A stretch of DNA of 32,000 nucleotides from an uncultured Lentisphaeria bacterium (GTDB lineage Bacteria; Verrucomicrobiota; Lentisphaeria; JABSQK01; JAJFLO01), in NCBI GenBank assembly GCA_951812855.1, contig OX638337.1, positions 870,001 to 902,000 of the forward strand, read 5' to 3'. Positions within the stretch are counted from its first letter, which is position 1. Each line of letters begins with the position of its first letter. Position numbers and translations under genes: made by a program. Under the pieces are notes generated by a model. That model did not search any database and was not told the origin of the DNA. It saw only the letters and a program-made list of their open reading frames with translations. Shown piece after piece: positions 19,379 to 28,731 of this stretch.

Positions 19379-20329
19379 ATGGAACGGAAGACACAAATGG
19401 AACCATTCTTCAGAATTATCATTTTATCAATTAGTAAGACAATCCAATTAATTCCTAAACAGGTCATACTTATAATTGGTAAATTACTGGGTTGGATTGG
19501 ACGCTGTATACTGCGGTTTCGATATCCTGTCATTAAAAATCATTTGGAAATAGCATTTGGTGAAACACTGTCACCCGGAGAGATAAAATCACTTGTAAAC
19601 AAAATATACTTGCATCTAAGTCTAACGTTGATAGAAATTCTGCAATTACCAGGTGCAAACCTGCCATTGTTAGCAGAGCGGGTAAAGATTAAAGGATTTG
19701 AGCACATTGAATCTGCACTGAAACAGAAGAAAGGTGTCCTCATTTTAACCGGTCATATCGGTAATTGGGAACTCGCCGGAATAGCTCTGTCAAATAAAGG
19801 GTTAAAGATAAGTGCTATAGGTAAAGACATGAAATCTAAAATTGGCAATACGATGATAAAATTAATTCGCGATGATAATGGTATAAAAACAATAGCCAAA
19901 AAAAAATCAATGAAAAATATTTTGAAATCGCTCAGGAACAATGACGTTGTTGTGGTTATGTTAGATCAGAATATGACTGGAAAAGACGGAATTTTTGTTG
20001 ATTTTTTTGGATACAAAGCCAACACAATGACATCACTTGCCATAATAGCAGAACGTACTGGAGCCCAGATTGTATCCGGTTATATTCGCAGAACTGACGA
20101 CTGTCACCATCATGAATGCATCTTAGAAGAATTGATCGAATTAAAATTTGAATCTGACGACAAGAATTTGAATATACTAAACAATACACAAATTTTAACT
20201 CACAAATTAGAGTCCATTATCAAAAAACAGCCCGACCAGTGGATTTGGATACATAAACGGTGGCGAACACGTCCAATTGAAGAAAATCATTCGCCGTTTA
20301 TCTATAAACGAAGACACTATAAAACATAA
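19379..20329 (+). CDS. lipid A biosynthesis (Kdo)2-lipid IVA acyltransferase-family protein (LpxL/HtrB-like)
   Basis: N-terminal TM helix. The LPLAT H-x4-D/E motif is in LTGHIGNWEL, and the C-terminus has PDQWIWIHKRWR, typical of the LpxL/M family. The exact start is uncertain (19379 or 19397). Confidence 0.8.
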   Translation: MERKTQMEPFFRIIILSISKTIQLIPKQVILIIGKLLGWIGRCILRFRYPVIKNHLEIAFGETLSPGEIKSLVNKIYLHLSLTLIEILQLPGANLPLLAERVKIKGFEHIESALKQKKGVLILTGHIGNWELAGIALSNKGLKISAIGKDMKSKIGNTMIKLIRDDNGIKTIAKKKSMKNILKSLRNNDVVVVMLDQNMTGKDGIFVDFFGYKANTMTSLAIIAERTGAQIVSGYIRRTDDCHHHECILEELIELKFESDDKNLNILNNTQILTHKLESIIKKQPDQWIWIHKRWRTRPIEENHSPFIYKRRHYKT

Positions 20330-20637
20330 ATAATATTTCAAAATGATGAACTCAATAACGACGCTGGTTCTTCATGTGAATCAGCCCATAACGATGAAGT
20401 CTTTCAACTCGAAGAAAAATTATATACCCGGTCGGATATTCCTGCCTGTGCTGAATTCCTTGATATTTTAGCCGGAGCTTGTCCTAAAAAAGCTGATTTT
20501 CAATTTTACATTGATTCAATCTGTATTCACAGACAATATGATCTTAACTTAAATCACATTAGAAATTTTTTAAATTTTAAGTAAATATTGCTGCATTCTT
20601 ATCGTGACTATTCCAAAATAACCGAACCATTTACATA

Positions 20638-21765
20638 ATGTTTTATTACCTTCATTTTCTAAGTTCATACGCAGATCAATTATCATTTCTACGTTTATTT
20701 AAATATGTCACGTTTCGTGCAGGTGGTGCAGCATTTACAGCATTTGCTCTCACCGTATTACTGGGACCGCTTACCATTCGACTCCTTACTAAATTACAAA
20801 CAACTGCCCCGCCCCGGGTTGAAGGTATACTTACGGACGAGGAAATTGGAATACGCAAACGTCATGTCCCGACAATGGGAGGAATTCTTTTACTCTTTTC
20901 TATTGTAGCAACTGTTCTTTTATGGGCAATTCCCACGAATTCTTTAGTAATTGTATTCCTGGGACTGTTACTTTTATTGGGCCTCGTTGGATTTGTTGAC
21001 GATTACCTCAAAGTTAAATTCCAGAATAAGGATGGTCTGGCAGGACGTTGGAAACTGGTTCTTCAATTCGCAATCGGGGGACTGGCAGTCTGGTGCCTTC
21101 ACCTTGTCCCGGAAACCGGAGGAAATATTACTAAACTAATGCTTCCGTTTCTGAAACAACCGATAATTGAAAATACCGGAATTATATTTGCACTGTTATT
21201 TGGTTCAACAGTTGTCGTTGCTTCCTCAAATGCAGTAAATCTGAGTGATGGAATGGATGGTCTGGCAATCGGCTGCACAATTATCTGTGCTCTTGCTTAT
21301 GCATGTTTCGCCTATTTTTGTGGTCACAAATATTTAGCTATGTATCTAAATATACCTTTTATTCCCGGAAGCAGTGAAGTTGTCGTTATCGCTGTATCGG
21401 TAGTAGGTGCAGGATTGGGTTTTTTATGGCACAACTGCTATCCGGCAGCCATGTTCATGGGAGATACAGGCAGTTTAAGTATCGGTGGTGCGATCGGATT
21501 AATCGCAGTTCTTGTTAAACAGGAAATATTGTTAATTGTCGTTGGAGGAATATTTGTGATTGAAGCCGGTTCAGTGATCCTTCAGGTCGCCTACTTCAAA
21601 CTTACACGATATTTCACCGGGGAAGCAAAACGTCTATTCTTATGTGCACCGATACATCACCACTTCCACAAAACCGGTTGGAAAGAAACACAAATAGTTA
21701 TTCGTTTCTGGATAATAGCAATTCTATTAGCGTTCATCGGGCTGGCAACATTAAAGGTGAGATAA
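20638..21765 (+). CDS. mraY: phospho-N-acetylmuramoyl-pentapeptide transferase MraY
   Basis: FKYVTFRAGGA, PTMGG, GFVDDYLKV, NAVNLSDGMDGLA, MGDTGSL, APIHHHF motifs. Polytopic membrane profile. Confidence 0.95.
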   Translation: MFYYLHFLSSYADQLSFLRLFKYVTFRAGGAAFTAFALTVLLGPLTIRLLTKLQTTAPPRVEGILTDEEIGIRKRHVPTMGGILLLFSIVATVLLWAIPTNSLVIVFLGLLLLLGLVGFVDDYLKVKFQNKDGLAGRWKLVLQFAIGGLAVWCLHLVPETGGNITKLMLPFLKQPIIENTGIIFALLFGSTVVVASSNAVNLSDGMDGLAIGCTIICALAYACFAYFCGHKYLAMYLNIPFIPGSSEVVVIAVSVVGAGLGFLWHNCYPAAMFMGDTGSLSIGGAIGLIAVLVKQEILLIVVGGIFVIEAGSVILQVAYFKLTRYFTGEAKRLFLCAPIHHHFHKTGWKETQIVIRFWIIAILLAFIGLATLKVR

Positions 21766-22386
21766 AAAATCTGAGCCAGGATAAAATATCCTGCTATAAG
21801 CTCACGACACATTACTTTTTTACAATCCTGTCACCACGCTTTGTTCGGACGATTCCAAGATCCTGTCCATCTATAACACCATCAAAATTTAAATCATATT
21901 CAACTGTTTTTTTATCGGGAGACATCTGCATGGCGTGTACTCGAATTGCAATCATACCACCACGTATCAACCGGTGATATGTCGTTAACCTCTCCAAAAG
22001 TCAAATCAAAATTCAAGGTCTTATCTCCGCCAGGCGGTGTAACCAAAGAATCCCGAATAATTTGCAGTAAATGAAAGCTGATAAGAATTGAGTATTAAAT
22101 CTAATAAATCAATATTCGCTTTTACGATCGGCGTATCATTCTCTATAATTCTGTCACGGGGTACATCCGTAAAATCAATTCTCAATTCTCGGGTCCCGCT
22201 CCGGGCCGACACCAGGAGAAGTGAAATTACAGAAAGAAAGCTACACCCCCGAGCAGGGGGAGAATGAGATTACGTGAGTAGATCAATAATGGAGACTATT
22301 AATTCCAGATTTGCCAGTGACTCATGCGATTTAGTGGATTAATCAGTCTCTATAGGTCCTGAATCTCTTTCATAAATGTAAACGCT

Positions 22387-22986
22387 TTAATGTTTATCAA
22401 GAACATTGAATCTCTGAATATATTTACCAATCATATCCATTTCCAGATTCACTGACATGCCAATAGCGGATTGTCTTAAATTGGTATTCTTTAGAGTGTC
22501 GGGAATGATGTGAACTGTAAATGAGCTGTCCTTTACAGCAACCACAGTTAATGATATACCATCAATTGCGATACTTCCTTTCTTGACGATCAATGCAGTA
22601 AATTCTGAAAGAAGTTCAATCTCAATAACTCTATCGTTATGGAAATCAATAATATCCAAAATTGCCCCTGTACAATCGATATGCCCAGAGACAAAATGAC
22701 CATCTAACCGGTCGCCAATTCTCAATGCACGCTCCAAATTAACCTCAGCACCACTATCTAATGACCCTAGATTGGTTTTTTTCAATGTCTCAGCTAACGT
22801 ATGAAACTGAATCGCGTTTTCATCGTGTTTAATTCTGTTTACCGTCAAACATACACCATTGACGGCAATGCTCTGACCAAGTTTAACGTTATCAGCCCAC
22901 GGTACTGCAACCAACAATTTTTCGCCATCGGCAACTCTTGAACGCGACAAGAATTTTCCAGTATTTTCAATGCATCCGGTGAACAT
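22387..22986 (-). CDS. ribE: riboflavin synthase (alpha chain)
   Basis: MFTGCIENTG N-terminus and a duplicated lumazine-binding half-domain (GQSIAVNGVCLTV / GSIAIDGISLTV). Overlaps the ribD stop. Confidence 0.92.
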   Translation of the reverse strand: MFTGCIENTGKFLSRSRVADGEKLLVAVPWADNVKLGQSIAVNGVCLTVNRIKHDENAIQFHTLAETLKKTNLGSLDSGAEVNLERALRIGDRLDGHFVSGHIDCTGAILDIIDFHNDRVIEIELLSEFTALIVKKGSIAIDGISLTVVAVKDSSFTVHIIPDTLKNTNLRQSAIGMSVNLEMDMIGKYIQRFNVLDKH

Positions 22987-24016
22987 CAGTCAAATATCCT
23001 GTTATTAAATAATCGCAACCTGAGCGAGTGATTTTCATATCGTTTATACCTCTGGCTTCGGTTAAACTATCCGGATTAAATCCACCAATTACCGTTCGAC
23101 TGTCTTTACCACCTAATAATTTTGGTGCGACAAATATCGCAACCTTATCAATTAAATTGTAATGTAACATTTGGCCGGCCAATTCTCCACCACCCTCAAC
23201 CATTAGCGACATCACATTTTCGTTACCCAGTTTTTTAAAATACTCTTCCCAATCAGCAGCGGACTTGCAGCACACTATATCGACCGGGGTATTCTTATCA
23301 GAGAAAACACATGCTGCCGGGTCTATGTTTCGGCTTTTACTCACGATAATTTTTCGCGGCTGATTTTGCCAATTCTCAGGTTGTCTGACGCACAGCTGCG
23401 GGTCATCCTGTCGAATTGTTTCTGCACCGACCATAATTGCATCAGCCCGTTGGCGCATATGTTGAACTTTGGTGCGTGATGCTTTACTGGAAATCCACTG
23501 TGAATTCCCGCCTTTAGTCGCAATTTTTCCATCTAAGGTCATTGCCATTTTCAATAAAACATAAGGTCGTTTATGTTGTATCCAACAAAAAAAATCTTCG
23601 TTTAGCTGTTGTCCTTTGTCATCTTCAACACCAACGACTACCTCAATCCCCTCGTCTTTCAGTAACTTAACAGCACCGCCTCGATGACTGGGATTAGGAT
23701 CTAATGTGGAAATAACAACCTTTTTTATCTTTGCCTCAATGATTGCGTTTGTACACGGCGGTGTCTTCCCCCGGGTTGAACAGGGTTCCAATGACACATA
23801 TAACGTAGAATCTGCTGCATGAACTCCTGCATTTTGAATTGCATCAATCTCAGCATGAACCTCACCGGCTTTCTTGTGCCACCCTTTCCCAACGATAACA
23901 TTATTCTTTACAAGCACGGCTCCAACCATCGGATTCGGTGACGTTTTTCCCCATCCCTTTTTCGCCAGCGTTAAAGCCCGCCTCATCCATTTAACTTCAT
24001 TTGTCATAAGATCCAT
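22967..24016 (-). CDS. ribD: bifunctional riboflavin biosynthesis protein RibD (deaminase/reductase)
   Basis: HAEIDAI and LEPCSTRGKTPPC zinc-deaminase motifs. C-terminal reductase domain (LKMAMTLDGKIA, MVEGGGELAG). Confidence 0.93.
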   Translation of the reverse strand: MDLMTNEVKWMRRALTLAKKGWGKTSPNPMVGAVLVKNNVIVGKGWHKKAGEVHAEIDAIQNAGVHAADSTLYVSLEPCSTRGKTPPCTNAIIEAKIKKVVISTLDPNPSHRGGAVKLLKDEGIEVVVGVEDDKGQQLNEDFFCWIQHKRPYVLLKMAMTLDGKIATKGGNSQWISSKASRTKVQHMRQRADAIMVGAETIRQDDPQLCVRQPENWQNQPRKIIVSKSRNIDPAACVFSDKNTPVDIVCCKSAADWEEYFKKLGNENVMSLMVEGGGELAGQMLHYNLIDKVAIFVAPKLLGGKDSRTVIGGFNPDSLTEARGINDMKITRSGCDYLITGYLTDVHRMH

Positions 24017-24097
24017 TTTAAGCTTAGAAATTTTGTTTCGTAATCCAACAATGACTGTTTCCCGATTTTAATTCATTATTGATTCGAATTTCCGAAT

Positions 24098-24616
24098 TCA
24101 CTTTTTCCTGCTTTTCTCATCCTGAATTTTATTCCATTCATCGATATACTTTAATGCAATCATTTTATCTGTTATCTGAACCAAATTTTCCCAGTTTGAA
24201 TGGGTTGCAGCTTTGGTAAAATTATAGCTGCCTGTTAATACTGTTTTTTTATCTATTACAACAAACTTATTATGCATCGAGTGATGTTTCAGCATGGATA
24301 TATACTCAATGTCTAAATTTTTTGATTTCAGTAAATCAAAAACCGATTTGCTGTAATTATAAGACGCCTGTTTCTTATCAACTTTTAATTTTACCGAGAT
24401 ACCCTCTTTTGATTTTTTTATGAGTGCCCTGGCAATTTTTTTATTAGAAAACGAATATACAGCAACCAATATTTCAAATTTTGCTGACTGAATATTTTTC
24501 AGCAAAATAGTTTCGCACTCTCCTCTAAATGCTGTCCGAACAGTCTTGGAATGACCTGCACTTATCCACGTAAATAATAATATAATAATGAATAGTATTC
24601 TTGATTGGCGAATCAT
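24098..24616 (-). CDS. secreted PLD-superfamily (single HKD) Nuc-like endonuclease
   Basis: Signal-peptide-like N-terminus (ILFIIILLFTWISAGHS) when started at M13. One HKD motif, HNKFVVIDKKTVLTGSYNFT. Size and layout resemble the Nuc/BfiI-type PLD nucleases. Confidence 0.85.
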   Translation of the reverse strand: MIRQSRILFIIILLFTWISAGHSKTVRTAFRGECETILLKNIQSAKFEILVAVYSFSNKKIARALIKKSKEGISVKLKVDKKQASYNYSKSVFDLLKSKNLDIEYISMLKHHSMHNKFVVIDKKTVLTGSYNFTKAATHSNWENLVQITDKMIALKYIDEWNKIQDEKSRKK

Positions 24617-24941
24617 AAATCCACTTCTGTCCAGGCAGTTTGTGCCGGCCATTGAAAAATGTTAAAATTCATAAAATATTACACTGACCAATGCAATATC
24701 AATTCATCTATATTGGAGTGATGGCGTTGATCACGCATTATTGATAAAAGGCATGTCGCCACTATAACTTCAAAATGAATTGAAATTTCGTAATACTCAA
24801 GTAACTGAATAAAGAACTGGACATATATTCCTTTAAGTCTAAAATGCCATGTAAAATTCTCCCCCTAATTAATAGTGACAGTCTTGCCATTTTGATTTTA
24901 ATATCTGACAGACTGCAGCATACAATCAGGATAAATATTTC

Positions 24942-27788
24942 ATGAACAAAGAGTTCATAATCGGCCAACGCTGGTACAGTGAATCTGAACCGGAATTAGG
25001 ATTAGGTTCCGTTATTTCTGTAAATACCAGAAGTGTAGAAATTAATTTTGAAAACCGAAATATAACACGCTCCTATGCAAGTGAATCAGCACCTCTTCGA
25101 CGACTGAAGTTTACAATGGGTGACAGTATTACTGCCGTTGACGGACGATCTTTGATTGTCGATAGCATTAAAGAGGAAAATGGACTTTTAATTTACTCGG
25201 GGTCAGGTGAATCAATCCATGAATCGCTTTTAAGTGAAAACGTTGATTTTACCGGTTCCGAAGAGCGTTTGATTATGGGCATTTTTGATTCAAATGAAAT
25301 TTTCAATCTGAGATTTCAGGCATTATCAAAACGCAGCTGGCTTCATATGCTTCCCGTCCAGGGATTACTGGGTGCAAGAATTTCTCTTTTACCTCACCAA
25401 CTCTATATCGTATCAGAAGTATCATCGAGATACCATGTGCGAGTCATGCTCGGAGATGAAGTGGGATTGGGAAAAACAATTGAAGCAGGATTAATTCTGT
25501 CGCGGCAACTATTATCAGGCACAGCTAATCGAATCCTTATTATATTACCTGAATCATTGACACACCAGTGGTTTCTCGAACTTTGGCGTCGTTTTAATCT
25601 TACGTTCAGTATATTCGATGAGGAACGATGTACGGCAATACAAACTGCTGAGCCGGAATCAAATCCATTTTCAGACAGTTCACTGGTAATATGCAGTTTA
25701 AATTTTTTGATCAAAAACCCGAAACGCATGAAAGAGATTTGTGATATCGATTGGGATTTTTTGGTCGTTGATGAAGCACATCATCTTCAATGGAGAGAAA
25801 AGAATCCAAGTCCTGAATATCAGCTGATACAAAATCTTGCTAATAACATTCCCGGCATTTTGTTACTTAGCGGAACTCCTGAGCAATTAGGTGAAGACGG
25901 CCATTTTGCCCGATTGCATCTACTCGACTCAAAACGGTTTTATGATCTCAAAAAGTTTAAAGAAGAACAAATAAACTACACAACAGTCGCCAATATCATC
26001 GATAAACTGATATCTGGAAAATCGTTAACTGCATCTGAACAAAACAATCTCAGCAAAAATTATCATTATGATCCGGACAGACTACTTGACCTTTTACAAC
26101 GGATAAAGAAAAAAGATAATATTGCTCAGGAACAGTTAATCTCTGAACTTGTAGATCATCACGGAACCGGAAGACTGTTCTACCGAAACCATCGTCGCAG
26201 TATTCCCGGGTTTCCTAAACGAATCGCCAAATTTTACCCCGTAAAATTTAATGATGCGTGTAGTAAGATTTATGACCCGTCGATTTTCCATATCCTTCCG
26301 GAATTTCAGATTTCTTCGAGATTACGGAAAAATTGGTGGCGTCATGATCCGAGATTAGAAACAGTAATATCTGTTTTGAATAACGCTCCTCACGAAAAAA
26401 TATTACTGATTTGTGCGTCACCGGATACTGTTCAGGCAATTCAAGGTGAAATTGAACAAAGGATCAGTATCCCCATGGCCGTCTTTCACGAAGAATTGTC
26501 ATTAATCGTACGCGATCGTAATGCAGCATATTTCGCTGATCCCGATGGTGCACGCCTCCTTATCTGTTCAGAAATTGGCAGTGAAGGAAGAAACTTTCAG
26601 TTCTGCCACCATCTCATATTATTTGATTTGCCTGAGAATCCTGAGCTGTTAGAACAACGTATTGGACGTCTTGCACGAATTGGACAAAAGAACGACGTCA
26701 TAATTCATATTATCTATCTCGAACAAACAATTCAGGAAGTACTTGCAACATGGTACGGTGAAGGACTTAATGCATTTTGTGAACCGCTTCAGGGAGCGAA
26801 TAAATTATTTCAAGAACTGGGCAGTTGCGTAAAAGAGTTTGCCTGTGAATGGATAAAGAAAAAAAACCCCGAGCAATTAAAAGAACTTATTGACCGCACC
26901 AAAAAATCAAAGTCCGTTGTCACTGAAAAAATGGCAGCCGGCAGAGATTGGTTATTGGAATGGCACTCACATCAACCCGCCATTGGTGCTGCTTTAGTAG
27001 AGAAAGTCGAAGACATTGAAGCTCATTCCAATCTTCCGGCATTTATGGATTTTATGTGTAACCACATTGGAATTCGAGTCGAAGATCATGACCATAACAG
27101 TTTATTTTATGTACCGGGTGATCATTACCACGGCTTACCGGGACTGCCGGATACAGGTATTCCAATAACATTCAGCCGTCAACGGGCTATTGCCAGAGAA
27201 GATATTACATTTTTAACCTGGGAGCACCCAATTGTGACAGGGGCAATTGACCAACTCCTGGGTTCAGCTAACGGACGATCATCTTATGCCGTTTGGGAAG
27301 ATCAGGAAAATCGTATTATCTATATCGAATCAATTTTTATGGTGCACACGACCGCACCGGAAGATTTGCGTCCAGATAGATTTTTACCGGCAACTCCGCT
27401 ACGAGTTATGGTTCGCCATGATGGTTCAGATGTCAGTAATAAAATTACTCACGAAAAACTTTTCGACGTTCTTAAAGATGATAGCAATGCACCCTTGCTT
27501 AAAAAAACTGAATTGACTCAACAGCTGTTTCCGCATCTGATTAAACAATGCCGAAATCTGGCAGAAATAAAAAAAAATGAATTGGTGGAAAAAGCTGTTT
27601 CAATTATGCAATCAACAATACAACCGGAAATTGACCGCCTCACAACTCTTCTTGCAGCAAACGCACCGATTCGCAAAGAAGAAATTGATCATCTCAGCGA
27701 TGAGCTTAATCAATTACAGAACTATTACATGAAATCCGTTGTCAAACTTGATGCCGTTCGACTAATATGGCGTGGGCCCGGCACATAA
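24942..27788 (+). CDS. rapA: RNA polymerase-associated Swi2/Snf2 ATPase RapA (HepA)
   Basis: Colinear over its full length with my recollection of E. coli RapA: IGQRWYSESEPELGLGSVISV N-terminal Tudor-like fold, LLPHQL, LGDEVGLGKTIEAG, LVVDEAHHL, LLLSGTPEQLG, SEIGSEGRNFQF, LLEQRIGRL.RIGQ, ITFLTWEHP. Confidence 0.93.
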   Translation: MNKEFIIGQRWYSESEPELGLGSVISVNTRSVEINFENRNITRSYASESAPLRRLKFTMGDSITAVDGRSLIVDSIKEENGLLIYSGSGESIHESLLSENVDFTGSEERLIMGIFDSNEIFNLRFQALSKRSWLHMLPVQGLLGARISLLPHQLYIVSEVSSRYHVRVMLGDEVGLGKTIEAGLILSRQLLSGTANRILIILPESLTHQWFLELWRRFNLTFSIFDEERCTAIQTAEPESNPFSDSSLVICSLNFLIKNPKRMKEICDIDWDFLVVDEAHHLQWREKNPSPEYQLIQNLANNIPGILLLSGTPEQLGEDGHFARLHLLDSKRFYDLKKFKEEQINYTTVANIIDKLISGKSLTASEQNNLSKNYHYDPDRLLDLLQRIKKKDNIAQEQLISELVDHHGTGRLFYRNHRRSIPGFPKRIAKFYPVKFNDACSKIYDPSIFHILPEFQISSRLRKNWWRHDPRLETVISVLNNAPHEKILLICASPDTVQAIQGEIEQRISIPMAVFHEELSLIVRDRNAAYFADPDGARLLICSEIGSEGRNFQFCHHLILFDLPENPELLEQRIGRLARIGQKNDVIIHIIYLEQTIQEVLATWYGEGLNAFCEPLQGANKLFQELGSCVKEFACEWIKKKNPEQLKELIDRTKKSKSVVTEKMAAGRDWLLEWHSHQPAIGAALVEKVEDIEAHSNLPAFMDFMCNHIGIRVEDHDHNSLFYVPGDHYHGLPGLPDTGIPITFSRQRAIAREDITFLTWEHPIVTGAIDQLLGSANGRSSYAVWEDQENRIIYIESIFMVHTTAPEDLRPDRFLPATPLRVMVRHDGSDVSNKITHEKLFDVLKDDSNAPLLKKTELTQQLFPHLIKQCRNLAEIKKNELVEKAVSIMQSTIQPEIDRLTTLLAANAPIRKEEIDHLSDELNQLQNYYMKSVVKLDAVRLIWRGPGT

Positions 27789-27982
27789 TTTCCCTGCTGC
27801 CAATGATAAGAAAGTCTATGACACATTATTCAAAAGCTTAAAAGAAAATCTACTTTGACCACTCCTCAAGAGAGAAAAGAATTTGAAGTAGAATTATTTG
27901 CAGGCAGAATACAAGCAACTCAGACTGAAATACAAAACTTGAATCAAATGATGAAAGTTCAGATAATCTGTCAATTTGACAG

Positions 27983-28058
27983 GTTTAACCCAATATGAAA
28001 GCAATAATGCATGAAAATAAGTTCAATATAAAATTTTTCCTTATACTAAATGTTATGT
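27983..28058 (+). repeat. possible degenerate attC (or attI-like) site marking the left edge of the array
   Basis: GTTTAAC (27983-27989, fits RYYYAAC) ... GTTATGT (28052-28058). The latter is the exact complement of the ACATAAC box that opens the sites at 29194 and 31459. Internal pairing is weak and AT-rich. Confidence 0.25.
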
Positions 28059-28064
28059 TCTACT

Positions 28065-28268
28065 ATGGAGTCTAAGATAAAAGTTATTTTTACAATTTTA
28101 TTAGTTGTTATTTGTAACGTGGCAAATGCTGTGCCTAGTTGGGTAAATGAAAGTATCAGAAATCTTAGTTCTTCTGATGAAAAAGCTCAGAGAAAAGCAG
28201 CGTTTTGGCTTTCAGGGTATTTTACGGATAACGGTTCAGAGTCAGATCCACAAATAATCGATGTTTAA
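28065..28268 (+). CDS. small secreted protein (signal peptide plus one HEAT-like repeat)
   Basis: KIKVIFTILLVVICNVANA-VPS looks like a signal peptide. NLSSSDEKAQRKAAFWLSG resembles a HEAT/PBS-lyase repeat. No obvious RBS. Start taken at the second Met of the track ORF. Confidence 0.45.
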   Translation: MESKIKVIFTILLVVICNVANAVPSWVNESIRNLSSSDEKAQRKAAFWLSGYFTDNGSESDPQIIDV

Positions 28269-28299
28269 TTAAACTAGGTATATATAAGAAGGAGTTTCA

Positions 28300-28731
28300 A
28301 TGAGTACCAAACAAATTCATGTGTTTATAAGCCACTCCTGGGCTTACTCAACCCATTACAACACACTATCCGACTGGATCTTTAATGGTAATTGGAGTGT
28401 TAGTCAAGCTTCCCTTGATCTAAGGGACTATTCAGTTCCAAAAGACGACCCCATTCATGATGCATCAAATGATACACAATTAAAAAATGCAATATATGAC
28501 AAAATATCACGCTCACACGTAATAGTCATACCAACTGGTATGTACGCCAACTATAGCAAGTGGATAAAGAAGGAAATTGAAGGAGCTGATTCATATAGTA
28601 AGCCAATTCTTGCAGTTAATCCTCATGGGCAAGAAAAAAAGGCCGGTGTTGTTGTAGATAACGCGGATAAATTCTCGGGGTGGAATAAACAACCAATCAT
28701 TAATGCCATTTGGAAGTTATACAATCAATGA
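28300..28731 (+). CDS. TIR-like domain protein (DUF1863 / ThsB-like small TIR)
   Basis: Strong RBS (AAGGAG). HVFISHSW at the N-terminus (beta-A), DYSVPKDDPIH, VIVIPTGMYANYSKWIKKEIEGA (the S-x-W-x3-E motif, Glu92 at nt 28573-28575), KPILAVNP. This pattern is recalled from the small bacterial TIR-like family often annotated as 'molecular chaperone Tir'/TIR domain-containing. Confidence 0.75.
   Translation: MSTKQIHVFISHSWAYSTHYNTLSDWIFNGNWSVSQASLDLRDYSVPKDDPIHDASNDTQLKNAIYDKISRSHVIVIPTGMYANYSKWIKKEIEGADSYSKPILAVNPHGQEKKAGVVVDNADKFSGWNKQPIINAIWKLYNQ

Noticed and set aside
19231-19533. 100-aa minus-strand ORF between clpP and the lpxL-like gene.
   Set aside because: It overlaps the start of the acyltransferase gene, has no RBS or family signal, and is probably spurious.
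24017-24097. An FMN riboswitch was expected upstream of ribD.
   Set aside because: Only about 80 bp of AT-rich sequence separates ribD from the next gene, and none of the conserved FMN-element helices or G-rich core segments are visible.
24098-27788. A PLD-family nuclease next to a Snf2-type helicase might be a DISARM-like or other helicase-nuclease defence system.
   Set aside because: The 948-aa protein is colinear with housekeeping RapA over its full length, including the RapA-specific N-terminal fold and C-terminal domains. The two genes are divergently transcribed with a 290-bp gap, the nuclease carries a signal peptide, and no methylase or DUF1998-type partner is present.
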